A stretch of DNA of 64,000 nucleotides from Okamejei kenojei (lineage: Eukaryota): positions 23,994,001-24,058,000 of the forward strand of contig CM069156.1 of the NCBI GenBank assembly GCA_035221665.1, read 5' to 3'. The notes below the pieces were generated by a model. The model worked only from the letters and a program-made list of their open reading frames with translations, was not told the DNA's origin and ran no database searches. Both the position numbers and the translations under genes were made by a program. This document shows positions 10,201 through 24,400 of the stretch, one piece after another (the stretch's first letter is position 1; the number at the start of each line of letters is the position of its first letter).

Positions 10201-13200
10201 CTTTCTGGACACAAACTCCTTTCCCACCCTGAGTTACCTCCTCAATCCCCATCACTCCTTCAGTCCTAGCTCACTCCCCATGCCTCCCCCATTCAATCTG
10301 TGTTCCCTTTGCCCAACCCTTTACTCCATCCATCCTACTCTGCCACACTGTCCACCTGATCTCCCAACTGCCCACCCCACTACCGGGTCCCACTCCTCAC
10401 TTGCATAAAATGACCAACTTTATTCTCCTTTCTCCCCACCCACTCCCACTATTTCTCTTGTCCCTACTTATTTTTCCTTCCCTTTACCTTACATCCCCAT
10501 ACCCAGCTGTTTCTCTCTGACAACTGCACTGCCCCCTCCACTCCCATTGAATTCAGTCTTGTCAACAATAGTTATCTCTGTCTCCCCAGAAATCGCCCTG
10601 AAGGCAAAGTGTTGGAGACGGTTGGAGTGTTTGAGGCACCTAAACAGCAGGGAAAATACGAAACAGGACAGGTAAGAGATCGCTGCTTGGACCTGAATAC
10701 TGGAATACCAGAGGTGTCTTTAAATATCCCTCAAGAATTCCCTTCAGGTATCAACCATTCTCTGTCTGAAGACAAATTCATCAGCACCTTGATTTAAATG
10801 ACCACTCCCTAATCTTGAAACTATATCCCCTTCAAGATTCTCCCACTCATGGAAACATCTCAAAATCTATGCTGCTGTGCCTCTCTGTCCCCACACGTAA
10901 TCTTATGTTTCAATAAGATCACCCTTGATTCTTCTAAACGGCAAAGAAAATGCATCTGATTTGTAAAGCCACGTGAAAGGTCAACTCTCGTATCCCTGGA
11001 ATTAACCTATTGAATCTCTTTTGGACTGCCTCCAATGTCAATATATAATTTCCAAAAGGGGACTAAAACTGAGCGAAGTACTTGACTAACCAGACAAATG
11101 TCCTGTTCAATTGTAACAAGTCTCTCTTTTCTAAGCTCAATCCTCTTACAGTAAAAGCTAATATGCACGTTGCTTTCCTAATCACCTATGAGGTACAATG
11201 GCTCGCCTTACTTTCTACTGCAAGTGCCAGAGACTTGGGTTCGTCCTAATTACATGTGATGTGTGCAGAGTTTGTACATTCTCCCTGTGAGTGTGTGGGT
11301 TTTTAGTTTAGTTTAGAAATAGTGTGAAAACTGGCCTTTCGGCCCATCGAGTCTATGCTGACCAGCGATCTCTGCACACTAACACTCCTTCACACACTAG
11401 GGACAATTTACAATTATACTAAGCCAATTAGCCTACAAACATGTAGATCCTTGGAGTGTGGGAGGAAACTGGAGATCCCGGGGAAAACGAACACGGGTCA
11501 GGACGAGAACGTACAAACTCCATATAGACAGCCCCAGTAGTCAGGATCGAACCTGGGTCTCTAGTGTTGTACGGCAGCAACTCTACAGCTGCAACACCGT
11601 GCAACCGTTTCGCGGGGTGTTCCAGTCTCCTCCCACATTCAAAAGATGTGCAGGTTTGAAGGTTAATTGGCTTCTGTAAATTCCCCTGAGTGTGTAGGAT
11701 GCAAAAGTGACATAACATAGAATTTGTGTACGGATGCCTAATGGTCAGCATGGACCCTGTGGGACGAAAGGCCTGTTTCCATGCTGTATTTCTAAACCAA
11801 ACTCAAAAGCTTCCTGTTGTCCTGATTACTACAATATGCTAGAAAGCTTTGGATTGAATAATTCTGGAGCAAACACTGGGCAGGCTGCAACAATGGAAGT
11901 GCCCTGCAGTGTCAGAGTGCTAGCTCGGAAACCCGCTAACTTGTAAATGTTGAGCAAAATTAAATGTGCTGTCAGTAGGTCAGGCAGCATCTGTGGTGGG
12001 AATGGACAGCTGGCATTTTGGGTCATGATTCATCAGACACAATGATCTTCTCATGTGCTTTGTCTGCAGCTATTTCTGCACAGTGTGTTTGGATACCGAG
12101 GAATTGTCCTGTTCCCTTGGCATGCCAGGCTCTACGATCGTGATGTGACTTCATCCAGCCCTGACAGGTACAAGTGATTGTTTGAAGGCACTCGTTGCTC
12201 CTGCTAATTTCCTGTGGTACTTGTGAAGGTAGAATATCGAAGTTAGTGGGGAACATGTTTTGGTTCCGTGAGGCGCATAGGTTGAAATTGCAGCGTTGCA
12301 TTCGAGGGAAGCACAATGTGCACTCTTCCCTTGGGAAGGGATGCAGTGTGAACTTGTGCTAACCCGCATTTGATCCTGACCTCGAGTTCTGTCTATACAG
12401 ATTTTGCTTATTCTCCCTGTGACCGTCTGAGATTCTTCCCGGTGCTCTGGTTTCCACCCACATCCCAATGATGTGTGGGTAGCTTATTTGGTGATTGTAG
12501 AATACCACTTATTGTAATAAGATAGCAAAAGCAATGAAGGAGAGTGGCTGAGGATGTGAGGGAGAGTTAATTGTGATAAATAAGGAGGGAGGGAAAGGGA
12601 CTTGGGATTGCAGTGCTGGGAGCAGGGACCTGAAATGCTTAATTTCAAGTCGTTATAATCAAAGTATAAACAATTACTGTGTATCCCCTTGTAGGTGACC
12701 AGTGTGATCCAGTGTCTGGAATGGTGTCACCAGGTTCCTGCAGGAACTATAATGTCTGATGGTTGAGTCCTTTCGTTGAGTCACACAGCAGACACAAAAC
12801 CTACGACCCACTGAGTCTGCCAACCCTTAAGCAAAGGGCCATCCACTCTTACTTTAAAGTAATCCCAATTTTACTTCCCCTCATTCCTATCAGCTTCTTC
12901 CTACAGATTCTACTGCTTACTTAGGGCTATTTATGGCAGCCAATTAACGTACCAACCAATGTCTTTAGCATGTGAGAGGCAATTGTTTATCCAGGGGAAC
13001 CACGCGGTCACGGAGAATGCACAAACTCCATACAGGCAGCACTACAAATTGGGATCAAACCTGGGTTGCTGGACTGAGGCCGCACCTCTACTAGCTGCAC
13101 CATTGTGCTGCACTATTGGAGTCCCGTTTGCTTGCCAGTTGCAGTGAATTTGAAAAGTTGTTTCAGCAACTTCAAAGAGCATATTTCTCTTTATCTTTGC

Positions 13201-16200
13201 CTTGTTTATTAAATCAAAATGCTTTTTGATTTTCCCAGTCTCGACCAAGGGCTGTGGAGTTATTTGCTGCATCTCAGTGGTGTGAATATGGTACTTGGAA
13301 TTTAGTACAGGGAATCGCGGTGGAACTGAGATGGGTGAGTGGGGTTGTGTTCCTAGAAAGGTCCAAATCGCAAATTTCATAGCCTGAAGCCATGTCACTT
13401 GCACATGTGTCCAGAAACACGTTGGAAAACAAAAATTGCTACTTTATTTACTTTTTCCCACGAATTCAATGAATTTTACTCCATATCAAACGTATGGGTA
13501 GTGATTGGTGAATTTCCGTTACTCAATTAACGCAGGGGTTACATGTAGCCCTTAATTAAGATGGAAAGTGCTGACAATCAACAGTTGGTCACATTGTGTT
13601 AAAGAAGGAACTGCAGATGCTGGAGAGTTGGTCACATTATCTGTGGAGAGCGAAAGAGTTAATTAATGCTTTAGATCAATTACTTCATCTAAACTTCGGA
13701 TTTCTGGCATTTGCTATTTTTATTTCAGATTTTTTTTAAAACAATAATGACTGGGTGCAGTCAATGAATTAACACTTTTTTCTCTCTCTTGCTCACAGTA
13801 AACCAGAAAGTTCAGGCACTCAAGGTTCCAAAGAGGTGAAAGGCAAAACACACACTTACTACCAAGTGCTGATTGACACCAGGGACTGCCCTCATATAGT
13901 AAGTGTGAGTAATGCACGGATGGGATTGTGCTTCTGGCTGGCTTTTCTTGGCCACTTGTGTAAAGCCATATCAGCAACATTTTGCCTCTTCCGTTCAATG
14001 CTGTGGACTTGCACAAAGCTTCTAGAATTATTTCAGTGGGAGAAAGGTCCACTGGTGATCTCTGGGCTTCACCTGTATTTAGTGGAGCAGAACTATGTAG
14101 TTACAAAACCATTTCTTGAATGTGGTGTGTTGATTAGTTTCAAAGTGGATGAAGGGACTGAGACAAACAATCCACAAGGATCCAAATAGCCTCCCAACTT
14201 AAACGGCCCATTTATTCTGATTTTGTTTTCTGTCCGATAACCATTCTGCACCTATATCACATGCTGTAATATTGTTTAAAAATTGCTTGTTGGATATCTT
14301 ATTGAAGGCATTCTGATACATCATATCAACTGGTCTATCTTTGTCTTTACTCCCAAATAGTTCCACAGGTTTATCAGGCTTTCTCTTTCAGAAATTCACT
14401 TTCAGATTTCTCTTTCCGAAATTCATCTTGACTGGCCATTCACATTATTCCCATTGTGCCTTCCACTTTCCTAATAAGATTCCATCAATTTCCCCACTAC
14501 TAATGTCAGCCCAACCAAACTATGGTTTGGCTTACTCCTCTCACCCACCTGCCTCTGGCTTCTAATACCAACAATCCTCCTCTCGCACCTGGGCCCATCA
14601 TCCTTCACAACGTTCAGTCCATCTATCACCTCCTGGCCTATTTTTTTTCTTTATACTGGCTATCTTCCTTCTCCACTCTCAGACTTGACACAGGGTCTCA
14701 ACCGAAAGCATCAACGATTCCTTTCTCCCCCACGGAGGCTGCTCGATCAGCTTAGTTCCTCCAGCAACATGTTTTTTGTTCTATGGAATTTTAGAAGATG
14801 GCAGCCACTTATTTCAACCCCCTAGGATACAGGGTATAAGGTAACAATGATTAATTGGCTTTGGTAATTACTTCAGTGCTAACTGTCCTAAGATAGACAC
14901 AAAATATATGTAATTTTTTTCTGCCATTTCTTTATTGCTTGTTTCTTCTCTGTTGGAATCTGAATTTTGCCCAGTCTTTAGGGTTATATAGGGCCCAATA
15001 GAAACACTACCATCTCAGTCTTAAGTGTTTTGCATTAACTTTTGTAATCTTTTCCTTATTACTTGTACGTAGAAATTCATACAGTCTGTATGTATTTTAT
15101 CTTTATCAATGGCATAGTCTTATACTTCCCCTTTAACTTAGTACAGTTCCTTATCCTGATAGTCACAGCAGGACCACTTCTCTTGCAGGGGTTTTGTGGT
15201 TTAAATCTTGCAAACAAGTATCAATTCTGTAAAAGATGGCCATTGCTTGTTTGCTGCCATGCCTTTTAATGTAGCTTCCCAACTTATATTCTTGTATGTA
15301 ACTGTAGCGTTTCTGTTTCAGTCTCAGCGGTCACAGACAGAAGCCGTGACTTTCCTTGCTAACCATGATGACAGCAGAGCCCTTTATGCTATTCCAGGTA
15401 AACAGTTTAATTGCTGCGTTTTATGTTAGTTGACGTCAGCCAGTCGGTCAAGATTCTGTGAGTGGTTGAAATACCCAGGGTACTGAAAGGGTGGGGGAAT
15501 TATAAAGGTGGACCATGTGTGCATATTGTGTTGGTTGTGAGGTGTCTTCAAGTTGAAAGCCCTGGCAGTGCATGCTGTCCAGGATTCTACCTGAACAATG
15601 GCCATTATTGAGTCCTGGTGGTGAGCAACACCCATGAAACACAATTCAGTGTTTGTTGGAGTTGGTTGTTTGAGCCCCAGGATATTGTTGTGGGATTACC
15701 TCAGGGCAGTATCTGCAGCCCAACCACCTCCAGCTGCTTTATCAGTATCTTTCCATCTCAAGGTCAAAAGTGAGGATGATGGTTGTTGTTCCATTCACTT
15801 CCACTTAGAATTGAAAGAATACATGCTTGCCTTCAGCACGACGTGAAGAGCCAACATCAAGGGTTACATCAATAACAAGTAGCATTAGTTCAACATCTTA
15901 AACTTATCGGGAGCAACCGTTTAATGCTGTATCTGCAGGTGTTTATTCTGTGTAGCATTACCCCCTCATAACTCATCAGAGCCTCAGCCCTTCTACTTCA
16001 GGCATGCAATTGAATACTTCATTGAGTAGTCAGACATTTACAGCAAAGGTGGCCATCTTGACTGTAATTTTTGGAAATAATTATCCACCCTAATCTTCCC
16101 ACCCAACAAGTCCATATGGAAATTGCATGTGTATACAAGTATTTAAATGTGATGAGGGTTTACACCTCCATCACCCTTTCAGTCAGTGTATTCCAGATCC

Positions 16201-19200
16201 CCTAACCTTTTCTCCCTTCTAATCCTTTCACTAATTACTTTAAATCTGGGCCTATGCAGCTTCCAAATGACACCCAACCCAGGCAACTATTTGTGTGCTA
16301 GTCACAGAAGCTGATCTGTTTTTGCACATTATAATCACTCCACACTTTTAAATCTCTACTACAGCAAGATTTCGTACTTTAACTATGCCCTTATCATGTA
16401 TCTACACACAGTGAATGGCTTGATTGTAATTATGTATTGTCTTTCTGCTGACTGGTTAGCACGAAACAAAAGCTTTTCACTGTACCTCGGTACACGTGAC
16501 AAAAACTAAACTGATACCTGTGCTATACTATGAATATTCTGAGTTCTATTTGTAGGCTGAAGAGCATGTTCTGTATTGTTGTATGTCATATCTGTGTTTT
16601 CACTCCAGTTTTTGATTCTTCTGCTAATGGAAGTGGGGTTTTCTCTGTATAGACACCATAATGTTATGTTCCTCAGCTGAATCTTCATTCACCACCTTCT
16701 GCTCCAAAGACTATAACCCCAAACCTAGATAATCTACCAACCCAGCCACAATTATTCCAATCCTGGCAAAATTTTTGAACTTCCTCTGCACCTCTTGAAC
16801 TGCATTTATATCTTACTTCTAATGTGGTGACCACAGTGAGCTGCTATAACTAGTATTGTGTATATTGTATTATGTATACATGTATACTTGGTGCGTGGTC
16901 TCCTAGCTCCTATATTCTGTGCCTCCTCCAAATCATTTCCGTGCTTTTTTTGGCCACGTCTGCTCCTTTTAAGGACTTGTGGATATATTGTCCAAGACAA
17001 TCTGTTTTTGCACAGTCCTCAGTAGCTTTCATTTATTGTCTATATTGCTTTGAAGCACCTCTCCAATGCATAACTCTCACATCTCCAGACTGTGTTCTAT
17101 TTGCCATCTTTGTGCCCAACTGACAAGACCATCTGTACTCCTGCAGTCTAACTTCCTTCCTCCCTGTCAACTACATAACTATCCTTCATATGCTTTGCAA
17201 ACTTCTTTATAATGTCCCATAAAAGTTTTATCATCATTTGAAAGGAACTCATCAAGCAATTCACAAAATGGATATGACTCCAAGGAGGCGAACAATGACC
17301 ACAACCTTGAATCAACATTGCTCAAAGTCACGGCGAGAGATTGCAAAGTTGGTAGGGGTGAGCCAAGTTTCTGTATCCAGGATTGTTAAGCAAGGGTCTG
17401 AAACCGGTTCACTATCGCCCAAGAGATTGAGCACATGCAGCTGCAAAAGGAATATGCCTCCAAGAGATGAGGCCTTGCTAATTCGGGAAAGTAAGAAGGA
17501 TCCAAGAAAGACAAGCAATGCCCTGAAGAAAGATTTGAAGGCAGTAGGAGTCTCTATAAGATTAAGCACCGTGTGTTGTTGCCTTGTTAGTCAGCTGTAT
17601 AGCCGGAAGACGTGAAAAAAACAACTTCCTGCTATGAGAAAGAAATGATAAGAAGGAGAAATAATTATTAGATTTTTTTTTTTAATGGACATGTGAGGAA
17701 GGTATTATTCAGTGAAGAAAGCCATTTACTGGTTCAGGAGTTAACATGTTTGGAGATCAGTTGGAGAGCCGGTGAGAAAATGCCACAATGACGAGTTTGT
17801 CAAGCATCCTGAAAAGATGATGTTCTGGGTTGTTACAGTTACTATGGTGTTGGTTTGCTGCATCCTGTTGACAGAAAGATGAGAATGTCGCAATATATAT
17901 CAATGTATTGAAGAGAAGAGTGAGCCAGAAATGGCAAAAACTTTTCCAGATGGATAAGGGATATTCCAGCAAGACCTTGCACTGTGCCAACCATCAAAGA
18001 TGGTGACCAGTTTTTCCAGCAGAAGGGGATAAGTGTGTCGAGGACAGGCCTGGTAACTCAAAACCGTGATGGACATTTAATATACTAAAGACCTAATGGT
18101 GCGATGATAATGAATAAAGGGTAGCCCTGCGATATGTATATTGACATTATATCTGAGTGTGTGCTTGATTCAATTAATTTGCATAACGATGTAGATAAGA
18201 TGGATGGTCACTTGGGGGAAGTCTGAAAATAAAGAGCACAGGCTTAAGGTGAGAGGAAATTTATGGAAACCTGATGTGCGACCTTTTCCACACAGGGTGG
18301 TGAATATATGGAATGAACTGTCAGAGGAAGTGGTAGATTATAACATTTAAAGGACATTTGGACAAGTACGTGAATAGGATATGTTTTTTGGGGGGGGGGA
18401 GAATATAGGCTAACATTGGCAAATTAGATTAATTCAGGAAGGTACCTTACTCAGCATGGACATGTTGGATTTAAGGACCTGGTTCCATGCTACGTAACTC
18501 TGACTTTCTGTCCTTGTTTTAAACCGTTTTGCTGGCCAAGCATTTGTTCATTTCCTCTCATGCTTTGGCATTCACTTTTTTGGAATTATCTTGAGGTAAG
18601 TTATAACATAAAGATAGCGCATAATTTGTTACTGAGGGAAGATTGGCAATTGAACTGGTGAGTGCAAAATTTCTGGTTTGTGAGTATATTTATGTGGCAG
18701 TTGGGTGATTCTGCCCGGAGCTATGGAATCCATTTCCCCGACGCTGCTAGATCTTTTTGATATGATCTTTTGCCTTGTCTTAGGTTTGGACTACGTGAGC
18801 CATGAAGATATCCTGCCTTACAGTTCATCAGACAGGAGTCCTATCCAGCATGAGCTGTTTGATAGATTTCTCTCGTATGACTCAGCAAAAGGTTTGTTAT
18901 AGTTTGTGCTGTGTGCAGATTTACAGTGTTATCTTCCAGTTTGAAGCTGCATGTTTCTTATGTTTTCAAGATGATTGAGTTTTATTTGTACTCACCATGT
19001 GATACTGTGAGCAAAGGATTGAAGAAAGAATGAGCTGTATAATGAGTGGTTGATTGATAGTTTATGGTAGACAAATATGCTGGAGAAACCCAGCGGGTGA
19101 GGCGGCATCTATGGAGCGAAGGAAATGGGCAACATTTTGGGTCGAGACCCTTCTTCAGCAATGTTTCGGGTCGAGACCCTTCTACAGACTTCAGATGATT

Positions 19201-21384
19201 GATAGTTTATTATCACATGTGACATGACTCACAGTGAAATTCTTCATTTTGTATACCATACACAAAATATGCAAAGAGTTGGCATGAAAAGGATGCCAAC
19301 AAAGTTATAAAGTAGTCCCCAATAGTCCCTCTTTGTTCTCTCAGCAGCCTCCCTACCCCAAGTCCCTCTTTGTTCTTGGTGGTGTGTCCTCGACCCACCT
19401 CCGGCGCCCACTGCCGGCACGTTGACTTCCATTACGGACCGCCGGCCTACCTGATCTCCGGCACATTTTTTTTCCACAGGATGCTCGGGGCATGGAACAA
19501 GCTGCCAGAGGAAGTGATTGAGACATGTACTAGTACAACAGTTAAAATACATTTTGGGCAGGTACATGGGTGGAAAGGTCTAAAGTGAAATGGGCCAAAC
19601 ACAGGCAAATGGGATGAGCTCAGGAAGGCAACTTGATGAGTTGGGTGGAAGGGCCTGTTTCCATGTTATATCATTCTATGCCTCTGACTCTATAGGAACA
19701 ATGGTGAGAGAGCTAGCAAAAGCTGAACCTTCTGGCTGAAATGGTATTGATTGCTTCTTTTTGCAGTTAATCTGTCCTGATGAAGTAGATCTATGATTAA
19801 AACACTGCATTGTTTCATCCCCTAGCTTTGCCTTTTATAGCCAGGGACACTTTGCGTGCTTGGCAAGAGAAGAACCATCCCTGGTTAGAACTGTCTGATG
19901 TGCACCGGGAAACAACCGAGAATATTCGAGTCACAGTCATACCCTTCTACATGGGCATGCGGGTAAGGGTGATGTGTAATGTTTACTTAAGCGGGCACCC
20001 ATAAAGTTTGGTGAAACTGGTTCTTTAATTTTGCAGTTTATGCTTTGCTATAGCTCCAATACATGGTTATGATGTAAATTTTGTAGCTGGAAGTGTGAGC
20101 TAGGGACTTCACTGTAATTGCATTAAGTGACTGATCTCAACAACTGCTTCATGTAAAATTGACTGTAATATTGGTCTGTGTTTTTGTTCACTGCCTGTGA
20201 ATGACTGCTCAGTTATTCTGAAATCAGGATGGTATTGAATAGAAGGCCCATCATACCAGCTCTTTTTATAGCTTTTATCACTTTGCCAATTGAATATCGA
20301 TGTAGAAATATTATAAATGGAGGCTATCTGATTGTAGTATTTTGCTGGTTGCATTTTCCCAGTGAATTTGAGATTGAACATTTCTTCCATTGAAAGAGAT
20401 GAGGGCGGATGAGGCCAGCAGGACTGCTGGCTTCTCTTAGCAATGTTACAAAATTTTGAGATTTTAAAAATCAAGTCTACAATTTATGCCATCAGATAAA
20501 GCATAAAAAGAAGTTTAATTTGACACCTAATTCACTTTCATATCTTCAGTATTAAAGTTATGGCCATTTTCATACTCGGAAATTAGCAACTTGTTTCCTA
20601 TTGCTTTTCTATTGACTTAACACAAAAGTTGTGATCATGGACAGTCAAAAGCCCATAATTTTCTTAAAAATTAAGAGAACTGAAATAAATTTTCAGTTAG
20701 TATAGATTTAAGTATTCTGAAACAAATATGAAACAATCTTACCTGGATGACTTGAAATTAAAGCATATAATTAGTTAGTTACCCAACTGTAGCTAATTAC
20801 AAAATTCAATTACTAGATCTAAACATCTATCCATTTCTTAAGAAAAAAATTAAAAAAATGTAAAGCTTAAGTCTCCAATTAACATTCACACAATAATTAA
20901 CAATATAACATGATTTTTAAATCTAATTGTCATTAATTTATAGGCCAAATTGAAGGAATTCAGTGTTTCATACCCATAAACTAATGGGCATTTTAAACAG
21001 CTTGCGAGTGGGATTTTCTGGAACGCGATGGATTGGAACGTTGCAGTTGCGGTGAATTTAAACCCCATATCAGCAGGAAAAATTCTGCCTGTTCGTATGG
21101 GGACTAAATCACTGTTTCGCATCATGAAATATTGATTAAAGTCACCTAAACAAGCAGGTTTATATGTAAAAATAAACAGCTTTCACTTACCTGTCCCCTA
21201 CGTAAAATCGGTCCCCGTTAACAGCATTCACGGCATTAGGAGCTAATTTTTATTTTACTCCAGCGCTGAAATAGTCGTGCTATTTATTTAAAAAAATTAA
21301 CTTACCGGCTGTCGGAACGAATCTCCAGAAATAGATCGCACTCCAACAAAAGAAAGCTCCGGATGGCAAGGGGAAAACCGCATT

Positions 21385-21416
<32 letters not shown>

Positions 21417-24400
21417 TTAAAGGCGCCAAAGTCGCGCACACGGCCAGCGGCAGAACTGCAGCACCGCTAAAGGTAAGTTTTGTAACATACCTACTTCTTT
21501 CTTGCCCTGGGACTGTAGGTTTGTGAAGGGGGAACTTCCCGTCTATTTACTAAGGAATTGGATTGGGTGAACTGAACTATGGAGGAGGGTTGGCTGTATA
21601 TTTACTTCCAAAAAGAAATGGTGAAAATGTTTTCTCTGACTTGGTGGCATGGCCTTCAATCACCTCTACCTCCACCTGCTTTCACAGATGAGTTAAAAAC
21701 TTTGTAAGGAGTGTTACTAAATTGTAACAGAGCCTGGATAAGTGTGTCAAATTTTCTTTGAGGGTGAGGTGAAGCATGAAATGGGGCTGGTTGTCAGGGT
21801 GAAAGGCATTATTCCTGGTCAGGGCTACCTGAATAAAAGTTACAAACTGGCTTTAAACATTTTTCATTCATTTTCTGATGTTTGATTTAATTGCAGGAAG
21901 CACAGAATTCACATGTGTACTGGGTAAGTATTGCTCAGTTTTCACTTGATTTCTCGGACTAATATGTGTGTTACTGATCACATGATAGGGATTCTATTTG
22001 CATGCCAAATGCTACAAACACAGCCATAGTAAGAAATAGAAATGAAACAGTACCATCTGATGGGATGGGAGGAACTGGGGGGAGAAAAGATTAAAGGGGG
22101 ATAGTTTGTGTAATAGTGGAAGAGAGGGGTTTTCTGTTTGGAAGAAAGTGAGAGATTTGACTGAGGAGAGGTTTTGGAGCTGGGAGGGTGTAGGGGGTCT
22201 GACATGGAGTAGAGTCAAGGGAGGGATTGTTGGAGGTCTATGTGGTTAAGCAGGTGAAGATTTTTCGACAGCCAATGCTACAATTACCCCCCCCCCCCCA
22301 TTAGCGCTGATTCCAGTTTTACTTTTGTGCCTGGGAAAACATCTTGAGCACTAATTGGAATAACATGCAAGAAGTTTAAAGAGTGGCTGACACAAGAGCA
22401 CACAAAGGTCTGTGGTCTTATGCTGATTCATTTTGAGGCTCTGATTTTATCTCGCTGTCTCCCTCAGTGGCGATACTGTATCCGACTAGAGAACCTTGGG
22501 ACTGAAGTGGTACAGCTTCGGGAAAGGCACTGGCGGATCTTTAGCTTGTCTGGGACGCTGGAGACAGTGCGGGGAAGAGGAGTTGTGGGTAGGGTGAGTA
22601 CCACGCGATGCTGATTGATGCCATCTCGCTCCCCACCACCCCAGTATTCCCAAGAATTTACTCTTTTAAAATAAATTGCAAGAATAACTCAGTGTTTCAG
22701 GCAGCATCTCCGGAGAACGTGAATTGGTAATATTTCATGTTGTGAGCCTTCAGACTGATGTTCTTTAAGATCATGTTTAATTTACTCTTTAAGCAAGCTT
22801 TACAATATTTGATTATATTAAGCTCCCCATTCCATTTAATGCTCTGTTGTGCCCAAGGATTTCATCAAGACTGGTAAAATAGAAGGCTAAAGAAGGGTCT
22901 CGACCCGAAACGTCGCCTATCTCCTTCGCTCCTTAGATGCTGCTGCACCCGCTGAGTTTCTCCAGCCTTTTGTGTACCCTGGTAAAATAGAAGGGCTCGG
23001 TTTGAGCAATAAGCAGTTTGAAATGTGTATCTGATATTGGTGCACCCTGAGGAATGTAAATATAAGTAAACAAAGTGTCTGGGGCACTTATTAGTGGAAT
23101 TAATGTGTTAATGGGTGACTTAGCAAGTCTAGCATTGGACAATGGATGCAGATATACTGTCTGCCTAGTGACAGTGGCCTTGTTATCACATAGTGCTCAG
23201 TACACAGGTGTATAAACAGGATTCAGCTATCACATAGCTATCAAAACCAGTTCTTGATGATCCTCTTGACAGATGCATATTGCAAGAACTAAGTTTACAG
23301 GGAACAATTTATTTTTTTAAATGAGTAAATCAAACTAAATTGTGAACTGATTTGCTAACAAAGACATGTACTTATTATCACCTGCAGGGGAGATCAGTGC
23401 AAAGTGCCTGAAGTAAAGCCTTGGGTAAAGTTACCATGTCTATATGGTGATGATGAGGATATGAAATCTGCTTCCAAATTAGTTTTTTGTTAACACTTGG
23501 CCTCAGAGGGCAGCAATTTACTTACCAGAGTTTTGTCAGCAAGGATAATGCAGACTAGTTTCAAGAAACTTGGCATGGTATAGTAAATGAAATCTTGCCA
23601 ACCTCTAATGCTCCTGTGTATCTGCTCCCAGGCATGCTGTGTTTGGAGATATCTGCTGGTGAGGCTTGTTCTGTTCAGAATACCTTTTCCTCCACCTTCA
23701 GGAGAAATACTGCAGCAGTTCAGGAAATCAACTCATTAAACTCCCACCACGACCTTTTACAGAGGCAATTGCAGATGAGCTGTACGCAAACTTTCTGCAA
23801 ATGAGTAAATTAAACTATACAAATAGTTGATGTGATATAACGCAATTAATTTGTTCTTGAGAGATTTAAGAGGCTTCCTAAAATTTAAACTAGTTTATTA
23901 TAATCTGTTTAAAGGTATCTTTCTTAGGATCAAGGATGACTTATTTTCACTGTGCTTTTGTGCATTCTGCGGTGGCTGAAAGGATTGAGCAGCAAACTCA
24001 TCCAAGATGGGGCAGTAGGTGACTGAAGGGGTGGGTGATTCTTAGTTTGTAAGATGGTGTAATTATTCTACCGCTAATACAGGGCTCCTGTTTGTGCTCC
24101 CGAAGCATGGCCTTGAGGACTGGAGAAACACTGCTGGTCAGATTCAGTGGAACTCTTGACAGAGTATATTAGAGCTGTGCTGTAAGATGGAGAACACTCG
24201 GGAGTGAAGTTGAAAGGGAGATCTGATCCAATTCTAAAATGAATGGAAAAGTTAAATAAGGAAATGTTGATGACTATATTAGAAGGTAATCACAAAGGGA
24301 AGATGAGATTAAATACTTCCATTCACAAATGTTTACTCAAGCTTAATAACCCAAATCATTTCTCCAGGACCTACTTTACAGCAGTCATTGGGCTGACAGA

